From Octopus sinensis (Eukaryota): 64,000 bases of DNA. The stretch spans positions 78,306,001 through 78,370,000 of the forward strand of contig NC_043000.1 of assembly GCF_006345805.1 (NCBI RefSeq). Direction: 5' to 3'. The notes beneath the pieces were generated by a model that had not been told where the DNA came from, searched no databases, and was given only the letters and a program-made list of their open reading frames with translations. Shown here one piece after another: positions 27,169 through 39,924 of this stretch. Every line of letters starts with the position of its first letter. Positions within the stretch are counted from its first letter, which is position 1. The position numbers and the translations under genes were made by a program.

Positions 27169-27230
27169 GAGAAGGAGAGAATTTTTCCAGGTTAACACAG
27201 AAATCAGCAATTGAAATTAACAGTTATAAA

Positions 27231-28521
27231 CAAGGGGGTACCCAAAAGAAACTGGAAATTTGCAATATTATTTCATACACTTACATGTTTACACTTTTAT
27301 TGTCTTCAAAGTATTCTCCATTTCAAACAATGCATCGGTCCAGACACATTTTCCAGTTCAAAGCAGTCCTAGAACTCTTGCAAAGTGATGCCTTTTAATG
27401 CCTCCATCATTTTTTATCTTCACCCCTTCCATATCTGCAAAATGCTTTCCTTTAAGGACTTTTTTCATTCAGGGGAACAAAAAAAAGTCACAAGGAGGAA
27501 GACTGGGGGAATAGGGAAGGTGGGTAAGTGGGGTCATGCCATTTTTGGACAAAAATTGTTTCATACTCAAGGCGATGTGCACGGGCACATTGTTGTGATG
27601 AAACCACCACTCTCCACTTTGTCACAGGTTGGGGCCATGTCTTGCAAACACTTCAGAATTGTCTGGCTAACGGTTTAACTAGGAGGAACAAATTTTGTGT
27701 TGACATTTTCTTTTGTACTGATGAAACAAATCAGCATTGTCTTTACATTGGACTTCATTTGATGCACTTTTTGGGGGTGTGGTGATATTGAATGTTTCCA
27801 TTGACTTGATTGCTGCTTTATTTCTGGGTTGTAGCCATAACATCAGCTTTCATCACCAGAGATGACCTTTGAAAAAATGTTTGGATCAACTTCCAACTCT
27901 TTTTCAGTTCACAACACATATTGAATTGTGACTGCTTTTGATCTTCCATGAGCAAGCAAGGCACAAATTTTGCTTCAACTCTTTTCATTCACAATTCCTC
28001 ACTCAAAATTCGTTTGCAGGAGCTCCAGTACAAACCAGTTATATCAACAAGTTCATCAACTGTTCATCAACAGTCCTCCAAAATTAGTTCATGAATTTTC
28101 ATAATGTTTTCATTCATTTGGGAGGTCACCACCAGTTGCCCTGAACAAGGTTGGTCTTAAGCAACAAGTGACCATTCCTAAAGCATAGAAACCATTCTTA
28201 AACTTGTATTTTGCTCATGGCAGCATCCTTGTAAGCTGTTTGAAGCATGACAACTGTTTCAGCCATCATTTTTCCCAGCAGAAAACAGAATTTCATGGAA
28301 GCATGCTGTTCCTTTGTTTCAGCCATCACAAAAATTGATGAACAGGAGAGAAGCACTGCAAAGCAAAGATGCATCACATGGCAATATGATTTCATTTGAT
28401 AATGCCAGTTGGCAGACTGATGCCTGAGGGTCACATCCAGTGGATTCTAGTGGTGGAAGTCTAAAATACAACTGGCATGCCCCATAGAGAATGTTTTTGG
28501 TTACTTTTGGGTACCCCCTTG
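27231..28521 (-). mobile_element. Full-length decayed mariner (~1.29 kb)
   Basis: TIRs caagggggtacccaaaag at both ends; N-terminal EQHASMKFCFLLGK...LQTAYKD; many stops. Confidence 0.9.
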
Positions 28522-29387
28522 TATACAGACAAAGTAAATATTAAATATGAAGGCAGAAATAGTTGCTGAAATGCTGAAAATATCTGGCAATGTAAGGTAT
28601 GTACTAGTCATTCACATAGCTGATCAGAAGGGGTTATACCCAATGGCCAGAAAATTACATGAAGGAAAATTTCTTAGCAAAGAGCAATCATAGCATTCAA
28701 TGATAAGGAGAATGCTTTTACAGAATACTGTGCTCTATCATCTGATAGTTGCTAAGAAAATTAGTTGTAAATGAATAGTCTATAAGAGGCATGTACACTG
28801 ATGCTGCTAGCAAGGTGAGAGCATAGAATTCAGCAAAGAACTTAGCATGCAATTAAAATAAAAGTATTCAGAACAAAGAATAACATGTAACAGAAACAAT
28901 TTGCAAACATATTTACATTCCCATATAACAGTTAAGAACATCACCATTATTATATTACACATGCGTGGAAGTGTTTGTTCGACTAGGTACTGCTGGCTTA
29001 ATTACGCACGACTCAAGTTAGAGAAGGGGTGCGTATTATACACAAGGTTTAGGTTTTTCAGAGGTACATCTCCCTAAAAATCCCCTGCGTATTATGCTCA
29101 AGGGCGGACTATACTCGAAGATTTACGGTATGTTGTTACCAACAACATTAAAACTTTAGTAACTTGATCAATCTGTCATTGAACCAGGATTTTCATTTCA
29201 TTTGATACACACTTTGCTATCATTTATATGGAGAATTGCAAACATGGCATATAAAGATAACTTATTTTAATAGAGTACATTTCCATAAATGTTTTTCTTG
29301 CACAACAACACCAACACACACCTGCATGCGGATACAACACGCACGCAGATACACATAGATGAAGTCCATTTTGGAAGTGTTATTCTT

Positions 29388-29768
29388 TTATTTTTTTACT
29401 TGTTTCAGTCATTTGACTGCGGCCATGCTGGAGCACTGCCTTTAGTTGAACAAATCAATCCCAGGACTCATTCATTGTAAGCCTAGTACTTATTCTATCA
29501 TCCCCTTCTGCTGAACTGCTAAGTTACCGGGACATAAACACCCCAACATTGGTTGTCTCGTGATGGCAGGGGGGACAAACACACAAATACACACACACAC
29601 ACATACAATGGGCTTCTTTCAGCTTCCGTCTACCAAATCTACTCACAAGGCTTTGGTCGGCCCGAGGCTGCAGTGGAAGATACTTGCCAAAGGTGCCACA
29701 CAGTGGGACTGAACCTGGAACTGTGTGGTTGGGAAGCAAGCTTCTTACCACACAGCTACTCCTGTGCC
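29388..29768 (-). mobile_element. Full-length SINE
   Basis: Same family as 21163. Confidence 0.9.
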
Positions 29769-30072
29769 TATTATGTTTTTACTATTTTGGAATGAAGAAC
29801 ATAAACATAGGTGCTGAGCCAGTGACTAAACTTGTAGTATTTTGTTGGGATTAATCCACTGAATTGACAGTAAGCTTCTATCAGAATCGTTTACCTTTAA
29901 AGCGAAAAGAAAATAACCGACATATATGACAGGTATGTCAAATATATTTTGTGTACTTCTTTCTCTGTTCATTCGAATAAGCTGTAGAAATTGTTACATG
30001 CACACACACACAAACACAAAAGTTCTCCAGACATTTAGTTGTTATTTTTAGCATATTGAGTTTTGTGGTGAG

Positions 30073-30511
30073 CTGGGCCAGCCTTAGGCTGATTGGAGTG
30101 ATTGCTCCCAATCGGGCCTTATGCTCAAGAGGTCACATTCTATACTGCAACATTTCATAAAAGTGATCTTCCTAAAGTCTTTTAAAATAATTTACATGGT
30201 CTATAAAAAAACAAAACAAAAAAAAACATACTTTCTACACAAGATATCCAAAGATAAACCCATTCATCCAAAACTGCTTGGATCAGAATTTGAAGAAATT
30301 TATTGTATTTTTAGTGTAAGGGTCAATATGTATGTTTGTATGTGAATGTTTGGGAGTGTTTATGGGGATGTTTGGGTAAAATATTTGTGTGTCTGAGAGA
30401 GTATGTATGCAGATGAATTGCATGTATATATGTGTGCGTATGTTTGTGTGTGTCAGTTTCTATAAATATGTTCAATTTTGGGGAAGCTTTTTTATTTCAA
30501 TAAAGTGTATT

Positions 30512-30554
<43 letters not shown>

Positions 30555-31874
30555 TATAAAATGTTCTTCGATAAGATAAGTAACGTATTTATATAACAAT
30601 ATTATTTAATTTTTGAATTGAATTGTTTGATTATTATTGTTAAAATATTAATTTATATATTGTTTCTTGATAATTATTAGTTAAGATATGTATATTTATT
30701 TAATTATCATTATTATTATTATTATTATTATTATAATATTGTGAATTAAAGTATTACATATAATTTACTTTGTGAAATAGTTTTGTGAGACAAAATATTA
30801 TCTAATAGTTAGGAGTTTTATTTGTTACGTAGTATTACATTTAAGTAAATACTTTTAATATTAATTGATATTTTGGTTAATTCAATAAGTGAGTGTAATA
30901 TTAAATCTATATATAATATATATAAATTAATAATATAGTAAGTTTAACTAATAAGTGTGTATATATTTGAACCATTTTCTATTTTTAATTCTTGTAGTCA
31001 TAGTTTGTAGTAGCATTATGTATATAAGTTAGCATGAAGTTTTTCTTTTTTCTAGTATATATTACTTAATTAGAATAAGATTTAACTTAGATGTTTATTA
31101 AATAAATAAATAAATTAATTAATTTAATGTATATAGATTAAATTATAGTATTTTAGTTTCACTTAACGTATATTTTGTATTTCATATATATATTTATTTT
31201 ATTTTGTTTTAAATATTTTGTTTAATCATTTGTATTTGAATTTTCTAGTAATGATATATTATAGTTTATTTTTTCTTATATAAGTTAAAACTTTTTTTCA
31301 TAGATATAATATTTATATCTATTTATTCTAGTTGTATTTATACCATGTTTTTAACGAGATAAATTTTATAAATAATAAGTCCTATATATTAAGTTTAAAG
31401 ATTTAGTTAACAGAATATATTTGTTAAGATATTTTGTGTTTGTATTTTATGATATATTATTGTATTTTGTTCGATTTTTATTGTAAAATTACATATTTTT
31501 TGATATATTTATATTTTCTTACATGATTATATATGTATATTTATTTAATTATTTAATTGTTTTTATTTTGGACCTGAAGAGTGATTATTTTAAAATTGAA
31601 CATCCAGATAGACGATACAAAGAAAACAAAGACAGGTCATTCGAAGTTTTCTTTCCTCAGTCAAGTACCAGATTATCTTTGCAATTTTAGCTGATTATGA
31701 GATTGCTCCAATCTGGCCAGCCCCATGGAAAAACTAACCTAAGAGCATTAGATTCCTTGGAAGAAAGCAGCGAATGTATACAAAACAAGGACGGGAAAAA
31801 ATGGACAATGTTGCACAAATACAATGTTTGCATATATTTAATTTTGGGCCCCGCACCTCCCAAGATCAGCCTTG
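30073..31874. mobile_element. Non-autonomous hAT-like element with 8-bp TSD GTGGTGAG
   Basis: GTGGTGAG at 30065-30072 and 31875-31882 flanks imperfect TIRs ctgggccagccttagg / cccaagatcagccttg. Confidence 0.75.
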
Positions 31875-32149
31875 GTGGTGAGGACTTCACATACCACGAT
31901 CCTTTTGCTGCTTCATTATAAATCTGAAATTAAAATGTTTTAAATTAAATTTGAAATTAAAATGTTCCCCCCACCTCATATTCTTAATCTCCGTTGTTTT
32001 CCACGTAGATTGAAAAAACTTCGAAAAAAATTTAAAATTTGGGGAGGGGGAATAAAACTTTTGAAAACATGGTTTTTTTTGCATATTCGGAATCTCCGTC
32101 ATTGAAAACATAGGAATCCGAGGAAAAAAAAAACCTTCTGTTGACCGGG

Positions 32150-32560
32150 CGCTAAACAAGATCTTGAAAGTTATGAGGGATAAAAAACGGATCGTGTGAA
32201 CTTTCCGACAGTGAACTTTCCCCACCCCTTCGGAAAACATTTTCCCTGCAAATTTCTTTATAATCGTAATCTATGCTGTTTGAAAGGTGTTTCTGTTAAA
32301 TTTCATTTAAAAATATCAATTTTTCTGAAAGTTATGAGGGAAAAAAAACGGATCGGGTGAATTTTCCGACAGTCCTCTCTCCACCCCTTCGGAAAAAAGT
32401 TTTCCCCAGAAATGTCTTTATAATCATAATTTGTGCAATTTGAACGGTATTTCTATAAAAAATCATGAATATATATCCATTTTCCTGGAAGTTATGAGAG
32501 GAAAAATCGGATCTTGTGAATTTTTCGAAAGTCCTCTCCTCACCCCCAAGTTCGTTTGCG
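32150..32560. repeat. About 2.5-3 diverged ~160-bp tandem units
   Basis: aagttatgag...aaaa(a/t)cggatc recurs at ~32166, ~32327 and ~32487. Confidence 0.75.
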
Positions 32561-33531
32561 CAATTTTTTTATATTCGTTTTCCACACAGTTTTTAACACC
32601 TAGCAGGCTGTTTTATTTTTGTTTTTATTTTCGGTAACGGGAGTTAATCTTTATATTAACCATAAGATCACATATCCAAACCCATTGGATTTGTAATCCG
32701 TTTAGTCTATGGAAAAATATTAATATAAAAATTTATACTTAATTAATATCTTGTCTCTCAGGTTTAAGTTATAGTCGTTTAGAGTCAGCTCGAGGGGGCA
32801 TGTAATCAAAAGGATTCAAGTCATGACCATCCCGTCTTTTTATGAATATAGACTACACTGTCTGTCTCTTTCCCTTAATGGGTATAATTTGAGGGCGATT
32901 TAACCGCTATTTCTAGCATTTCGAACAACTACATGACGCACTACAATGAAGAATGGCCGGCCTCAGTAAGAATCGGTTTGGTAAGATGGAACTGAACATC
33001 AACTCCAATGAAGAATAAATACTTGCTCAACACCAGTCACCTATGCGTGGTAACTCCAGCATCTAGAAATAGTAGCCAAATTTCCGTTAAATTACATCCG
33101 TTATCCTAAAGGGGAGGATACAGATAATGTAGGAGGGTCACGGTTAGAACTCTTTGATCATAAATGTCTGATCGATCAGGGCTGACTTGGGTCTAAATAA
33201 CAATAACTTAAGACTGAAAGCCAGAAGATAATTTGATATAAATTCAGATACTAATATCTTCTATCAACAAAATGGAATGTTTACAATGTAGCGAGGAGAC
33301 AGTATGGGTTTCAAACTTTCACCAGAAGTATTCGAGACGTAAGTGAATTAAAGCCGGTTTGTAACCTGACTCTACAACTTTCATCGCAATCTATTTAGAT
33401 AGTTGCAAATTATTTACGCACTACAGCAGAATGTAAACAAACACCCACATCCTGCTCAGTTAAACTGAATAAAACAATCGTGTCTTCAGAATTATATTTT
33501 GAACGAGAAGTGAGAAAAATGATAAACTTAC

Positions 33532-33627
33532 AAATAACAATGTTAAAGAGATGGGTACGAAGAAAACAACGAACCAGTGTGGAAGTCGGGGTTTAGCAAC
33601 AGTGACACTTTCCTTCTGACCCGCCAT
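33532..33627 (-). CDS. TMEM254: TMEM254-like, coding exon 1 (MAGQKESVTVAKPRLPHWFVVFFVPISLTLLF)
   Basis: ATG at 33627-33625, 32 open codons, phase-0 donor GTAAGT at 33531-33526. The hydrophobic W-F-V-V segment resembles TMEM254 TM1 as I recall it. Splices in frame to three downstream exons. Confidence 0.88.
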
Positions 33628-34165
33628 TATTATAATTGTTATTAATTAATAACTGTTTTTCATCCAACTTCCTCTGCTTAGCCTTCTTTTTGACACAACA
33701 CTTGACACAATTGCTGGAGAAGTCGTGATGTGGTTAGTAAACGAGTGTTGACGTTTAATGTAGACTCCACGAAAGATATAAATCTGTCAGAGAAATATAT
33801 GCAACAATGAAGATAGCTAATTTACTAGAAATAACTGCAGCGTGTGGCAATACAAAGCAACCAAGACGATTAAGTTAGTGAAGGGGGTTTCAACAATAGA
33901 ATCGTGCTAAGACTGTAATGCACTAATTAATACAAGACAGTCTAAAGAACGAAATATTTTCTATAGCATTTATTTTCCATAACTTCAATAAGAAAACAGC
34001 AGTCAGCCGTGAATCTGTCTTTTCATAATTGTCATTTAAATTTTGGGGCTTTCACTAAGACAAGTTGAACGGAATTAGAACATGACTATGTAGACGAATT
34101 AAGGTCAGTGTGCGATGGTAGTCTTGGACTAGCCAATGTCCCGTGAGTGGAATTGGTTGGTAAGT
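33628..34165. promoter_or_regulatory. Putative TMEM254 promoter/5'UTR, possibly bidirectional
   Basis: TE-free unique sequence directly upstream of the TMEM254 ATG that retains CpGs. CCAAT/ATTGG near 34133-34156 and a + strand donor TG|GTAAGT at 34160. Confidence 0.45.
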
Positions 34166-34769
34166 GAACGAAAGCTCATTTTGTGTGGGAGGATGTATGT
34201 ATGTGTGCGTGAGTGGTGCTTGTCTACGAAAAAATAAGAGAGGGGGGAAACAGAGGGAGGGAGAGAGAGAGAGAGAGAGATGTTTGTATTTACATTCTGT
34301 AGTTTTATGCTTTTGAAATTCTTTATTTGAAAAACAAATAAGGATCAGCAACAAGACAAGCATCCATCCATAAAACATAACTGGCTTATCATGACAGTTA
34401 ATATTCAAATCTTCATCCTCTCTGCTATGAAACTGAACTGACTTTGCTAATTTGTAACAATATCCGATGTTGAGACTTTATTGTTCAAGATGGATTTATG
34501 TACTTTGATCTGTTTTTCTCCAGAATATTAAATGTAATTCCTCTTCAGCTAATAGCCCATATAAAATTTAACTTCGATATCAAAGAGAGTAACCACTAAT
34601 CAAAGTTCACATAACATTATTGTTACTCTATGGTCACATGAGCAATGATCAATCCACCCTTACTATATTGATTCAGATTTTGAAAAGATAACATGTCATA
34701 AATAATTGAACTCTACACCACAAAACTGTTAAATTTATAGAACTATTGCATCAGAAAATTATTTCAGTC

Positions 34770-35150
34770 TTATAGTGTAAGGCTGTATTCAATATGTAGA
34801 AAAAGAGTAGGTAGAAATTCCATACAGTGTACCCGATGTAAACTATGGGCTCTTAAGAGGTGTAGTGGGGTTACACAGAGACTAATTTTCTGTGTCCTAT
34901 CAGTATTTGTAAAGGGAAGCCAAACTTCCCATCTTACTTGAAGTGGATAATAGCTTATGTTATGTAGAAGACTAAACAAGCAGTGGAAGTGGCTGCATAA
35001 GGTTCACAGTAGCCAAAGTAAGAATGGAATGGAAAAACTTGTGTAAGCTATAATATTTGCTGCTAATTAAGGGTTTCATTCTCAGAATGAAGGACAGATT
35101 GTATGATGCTTGTGTATGAAGTACAATGTTGCATGGTAGTGTAGTTGAAA
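34770..35150 (+). mobile_element. Degenerate RTE fragment including the PHD region
   Basis: SICRKRVGRNSIQCTRCKLW motif. Confidence 0.7.
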
Positions 35151-38000
35151 TATATCTGACAGAAATAGCTTCAGGCCATCTAAAGAAACAATACAGGTCA
35201 ATAGATAGACAGAGTCTTGAACAAGTAGTGAGGGTACAACCATATCTATAGGCAAGTGTTGGAAACAAGCAACCGGTGTAGCAAAAGTTCCAAGGGGCAC
35301 TTTAGTATGCCAATGAACTTTAGCTTTCTGACAAGATATAAAATTTCTGGCCCATTTACAAACAAAACTCTTCATTTCTAGCCAAATAAATGAGCTGAAA
35401 TAAATTACTCCAATGCTGCAATTCCAGGATGCCACTGACAATATAAAACAGAAAGAACTCAAGGTCGATGCTTAGCAGATACAAAAGTTTGTTCTTTGAA
35501 ATATCACATCAAATATGCATTGTAGTGGTAAGAAGAGTAACAAGACAAAAGGAAGATAGTGTTGAGTTTAGTTGGAGCAATTAATCTATTTGATGATCCA
35601 CAGCAATTTTCTGTAGCTCAAGAGTGCAGAGTATTTATATGAGCAAGGGATAAAGCAAGACCTGCACAATTATCAGAACCCTTGATAAAAAAAATATCAT
35701 CAGTGAACTGTGATATAAAATCAAGATGCCTGATTTCTCTTGGTGAATGTTTATCTGGTTTTGATACCAGTGCAAGAGTCATGGTTTATAATCAGTCTAA
35801 ATAAAGTTTCTCCCTTCCAGGAAATGGAATTGTTTAGCTGAAAGTATGCTGTCAATAATTCTCAACCAAAGGTATTGTGACTAGTTTCAGTTGGTTTCAA
35901 ATGCTTTGAGAAGAATGACAGGGATTGCTAAGAATCTTGAATAAAGTTCTTTAAAACACTGCTGATTCCAATGTCAGAAGCATCCACTGAAGGAAAAAGG
36001 GGTTCACCTGGTATTAGGTGAGTCAATATGGCAATCTTGGATAGTTACATTTTATAGCATTGAATACTGCAATCTCTCTGTTATTAAAAGAATTTTTCTT
36101 TCCTGTAACATGTAACATGTAAAAAAAAGGGGGGAAAAGAAAAGGTGATTTAAGCATTTGTGGAAATTATGGAAGGATTATGCTATTATCGACTCCTGGA
36201 AAAGTTTTTAACAGGATACTTTTAGAGCGGATGAGGACAGCAGTTGACAAATTGTTGCGTAAAGAACAAGCCAGATTTAGGAAGAACTGTTCATGTGTAG
36301 ATCAAATTGCCACTCTTCACATCATCTTAGAGCAAAGCGTAGAGTAGATAGGGAGGGCTTATGGAAAATTATGCAGCATTATGGCATACTAGACAAGTAT
36401 ATATCTATAATAAGAGCAACTTACCAAGGAATGTCATGCCGAGTCTTGCATGGAAATGGAGTTACGGATAAATTCGAACTAGTTATAGATTGGATTATGA
36501 AGGAAACTACGATTGAAAGCCAAACAGGCATTGAATGGCTGAATGCAGAATCTGTAGAAGATCTCGACTTTGCAGATGATATAGCGCTACTTTTACAAAC
36601 ATATAGACAAATGCAAAATAAAACGTCAAAATTAGAAGCAATAGCTGCCAAACTAGGATTGAAAGTCAACCGCGCCAAATCAAAAATTATGCGCGTTAAT
36701 GAAGAAAATAGTGAATATATTAATCTAGAAACCGGTGAACTAGAGGATGTAGCTGAATTTACGTATTTAGGTAGTAAGATAACGTTTCCAGGCGGCACCG
36801 ACAAAGATATTAAGATGAGAATAAGTAAGGCAAAGGACCGTTTTTCACCTGTTAAAAAAAGTATGGAGTGCAAGTGTAATTTCAATGAAGAACAAAATAA
36901 GAATTTTTAACACTAATGTAAAAGCGGTGTTATTGTATGGGACTGAGACATGATGAACAACAGTTAAGTCAAATAAGCAAATACAATCATTCATCAACAG
37001 ATGCTTGCGTAGTATACTTAAAATTAGATGGTCCGAACACATAAGCAATATGGAGCTATGGCAAAGAACAAATGAAGTTTCGATTAGGGAGCAAATATTT
37101 AAGAAAAAGTGGAAGTGAATTGGTAGCACAATTAGAAAAGACACACCAAATGTAGCAAAAAGTGCTTTTCAGTAGAATCTGGATGGATATAGAAAGAAAG
37201 GTAGGCCTAAGAACTTGTGGTGTAGATCAACACAAAAGGAACTAGAGAAAGGGGGACATTCATGGCATAGTATAAGTACAGAAGCAAAAAACTATGCGAC
37301 ATGGAATTCAATCATAAGTGGCCTATTCTCCGCGTTGGAGGGTTAAAGGCAGGAAAAAAGAAGAAGAGTAAAATGTAACAACCCTGTCAAGGGGTAAGTT
37401 GTTTCAGTACAGTGCTGAATAAAGCACCAATATAAATTTACAAGACCAAGAAATTCACACTAATTTAGTAATGATGTGGAATTTGGAAACTGCCCAGATG
37501 TATCTAATTTTTTGGTCATTGGTTGGATTCTATTTTTTTAAATTCTGATACTTTAGAAGGTTAAAAACGAGACACCAAATAAACATTTACTGGGGTTATC
37601 TACTTCTTGTGTCAAAATAAATATGTAACAAGGCTCTTGCTGAATTTTGAACCATTGCACTTAGGCTTCTCACCTCAGTATCGCAGCCTACCATACTGCC
37701 ATAAAAGGCAAGGGCCTGTTTGGAAAGACTGTGTCACCTTAAAAGGCATTAACATGTACATGAATATGTACAACTTGACCAGTCTGACTGGCTGGTGTGT
37801 AACCAGGTGACTTGAAATCTTTCCCCCAAATAGTCTGCTCAAACCTTGTAGAAAAAATTCATTGGGTCATAAAAAACTGGCAAATTTAACTCCAGACAGA
37901 AGCATCCAGAAGCCACACAGAATCTTGTCATTTTGCTATGTGAGATGATCTCTTGTTTTCTTCAATCATCATAGAACAACATCAGGTGTTACACAGAAAT
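35150..38000 (-). mobile_element. Decayed Gypsy/Ty3 LTR retrotransposon internal region, interrupted by an RTE
   Basis: Integrase (FIW...WARNFISCQKAKVH.HTK.PLG.F, YLLTC) at 35150-35460 and RNase H (DASD, FFSK.LKPTE) at ~35700-36000. Weak gag-like remnants at 37500-38000. Confidence 0.75.
36150..37367 (+). mobile_element. RTE-clade LINE with internal deletions and (AAG)n tail
   Basis: DLDFADDIALL, EFTYLGS and VLLYGTET motifs. Confidence 0.85.
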
Positions 38001-38849
38001 CTGTTGGTCAGCTTTGTGTTCTCATATTTTTCTACTCTCTCCTTCTTTAATAACTACAATCAAATATCATATAAATCACTAAAATATTATTCATAATCAA
38101 GACTTGTTATTATCAGATTTATTATCTCTCATATGATGTTGTATTCAAATAATTATTGTACAAATTTAAATGCAAATGTTTTGGATAACAAAATATATAG
38201 AAATTTATCCAAATATAAGAGTAGTCATTCTTGCCTTTACACACAACCAGCCTAATATTGTATACTACCAATAACAAATTAATAATTAAGGCCCACACTA
38301 AATACATTTTGAAGTAGTGGTGGTGGTGGTCATTATTATGTCATTAAAAATAAGCAGTTGACAAGAATAAGCATAAAAATAGTTATGTATTTCTATAAAT
38401 TCATTATACTTAACTATTTATATCTTGCATATGTACAAAGGCATCTTATCTTACATATAATCAAATGCAATGTGTCCTGTCAGTCATGATAGAGGGAAGG
38501 AAGAGTCATAAATTGTATGTACTTTATCAGTTTCACAAATGCATGTACATACACGTGTATACACACACATACACACAGGCAAACACACACATAGATATAT
38601 GAAATTAAATATTAAACACTTGTTTTCAAAATATTATCATTCACATAACATATATATAAATGTTACGTGAGCAGTAATATATACATACATACATACATAT
38701 ATATATACATACATACATACATACATACATACATACATACATACATACATACATACATACATACATAATACTTACATACATACATACATAAATACATATA
38801 TATATATGCTAGATATACTCGTGACCGGGTGTGTCACAACCACTCCAAG

Positions 38850-39560
38850 TTAAAAATGTCAATGCATGGTGAAGGAAAAAATACTATTTTGAACTTCATG
38901 CAATAAAATTCTTAAATAATACAGTTCTCCTGCCTTTGGTGTAACAACATAAACATAACCAAGTGTTTTTTCCTTTGAAAACATTCAAATGACCTTCAAC
39001 ATTTTTCCTCACTTTCTTCTTTGCCATTCTTTGTTACTACTGTTTCAAGCACTTCAGCATAAAGTAATGTCTTTTGCAAAGTTATCATTTATGCACAATG
39101 GAAAGAATTCTGTCAATGTTGTTCTCATATGTTGTTCATTGACAGCCATATATATCCTCATTACTTCTGAGCAATATTCTTTGTTCATCTGGTAGATGAA
39201 CCTACATTCTCACTATTGCAGGTACTCTTTCATGAACTGAAAATCCTAAAAATGGATGCAACTGCTTTTGGATGGTTCAATATACCTAACCATTAGATAA
39301 ACACTAATTTCATTATCATTGTTTATTTGAATGACAGTTTGATCATTTCCTTTCAGTGTGCACTTGATGACATAATTTACCTCACTGAAGCAACAATTTC
39401 AATGTTGCAGTGGCATTTGAATGCTCTTAAAAGAGTTTCATTATAAGGTACAACCCATTTGTTGTTTGTTTTTCCATTCTTATGAGATTCAACTCCCCCA
39501 ATTGGTAACTGATCTTCATCTATAAAGAGATAGTCTCTCTGTCTGTTTTTCTGTTTTTGA
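38850..39560 (-). mobile_element. Helitron Rep/helicase coding remnant
   Basis: NKWVVPYN-x-TLL...HCNIE, VHLPDEQRI and TTLTEFF motifs. Confidence 0.75.
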
Positions 39561-39887
39561 GATGATAAAAATTAATATTTTATTTTAAATAAAATATTAA
39601 TTTTCCTCTTTAAAAAAAAAATCAAGTACCCATGATTCAAAAATTATCTCATGAAACTATAGGGTGAATTTCTATCTTTCAGTCCACAGCACTCAAAAGT
39701 TGTATAAATGATTAAGGGAAGGAAAAAGAAAGTAAAAAAAAGGATGGATGTGGCAGCTGTAATGACTCTTTGAAGTGTCAACAATTTCAACTGATTTTTT
39801 TTTCTTAAAGGGAGAAATGACTGCTTTATTTGTAATCTTGATCATCTTAATCAAATGGCAGGAAAACAGACAAACTTTAAGTTTTGG

Positions 39888-39920
<33 letters not shown>

Positions 39921-39924
<4 letters not shown>

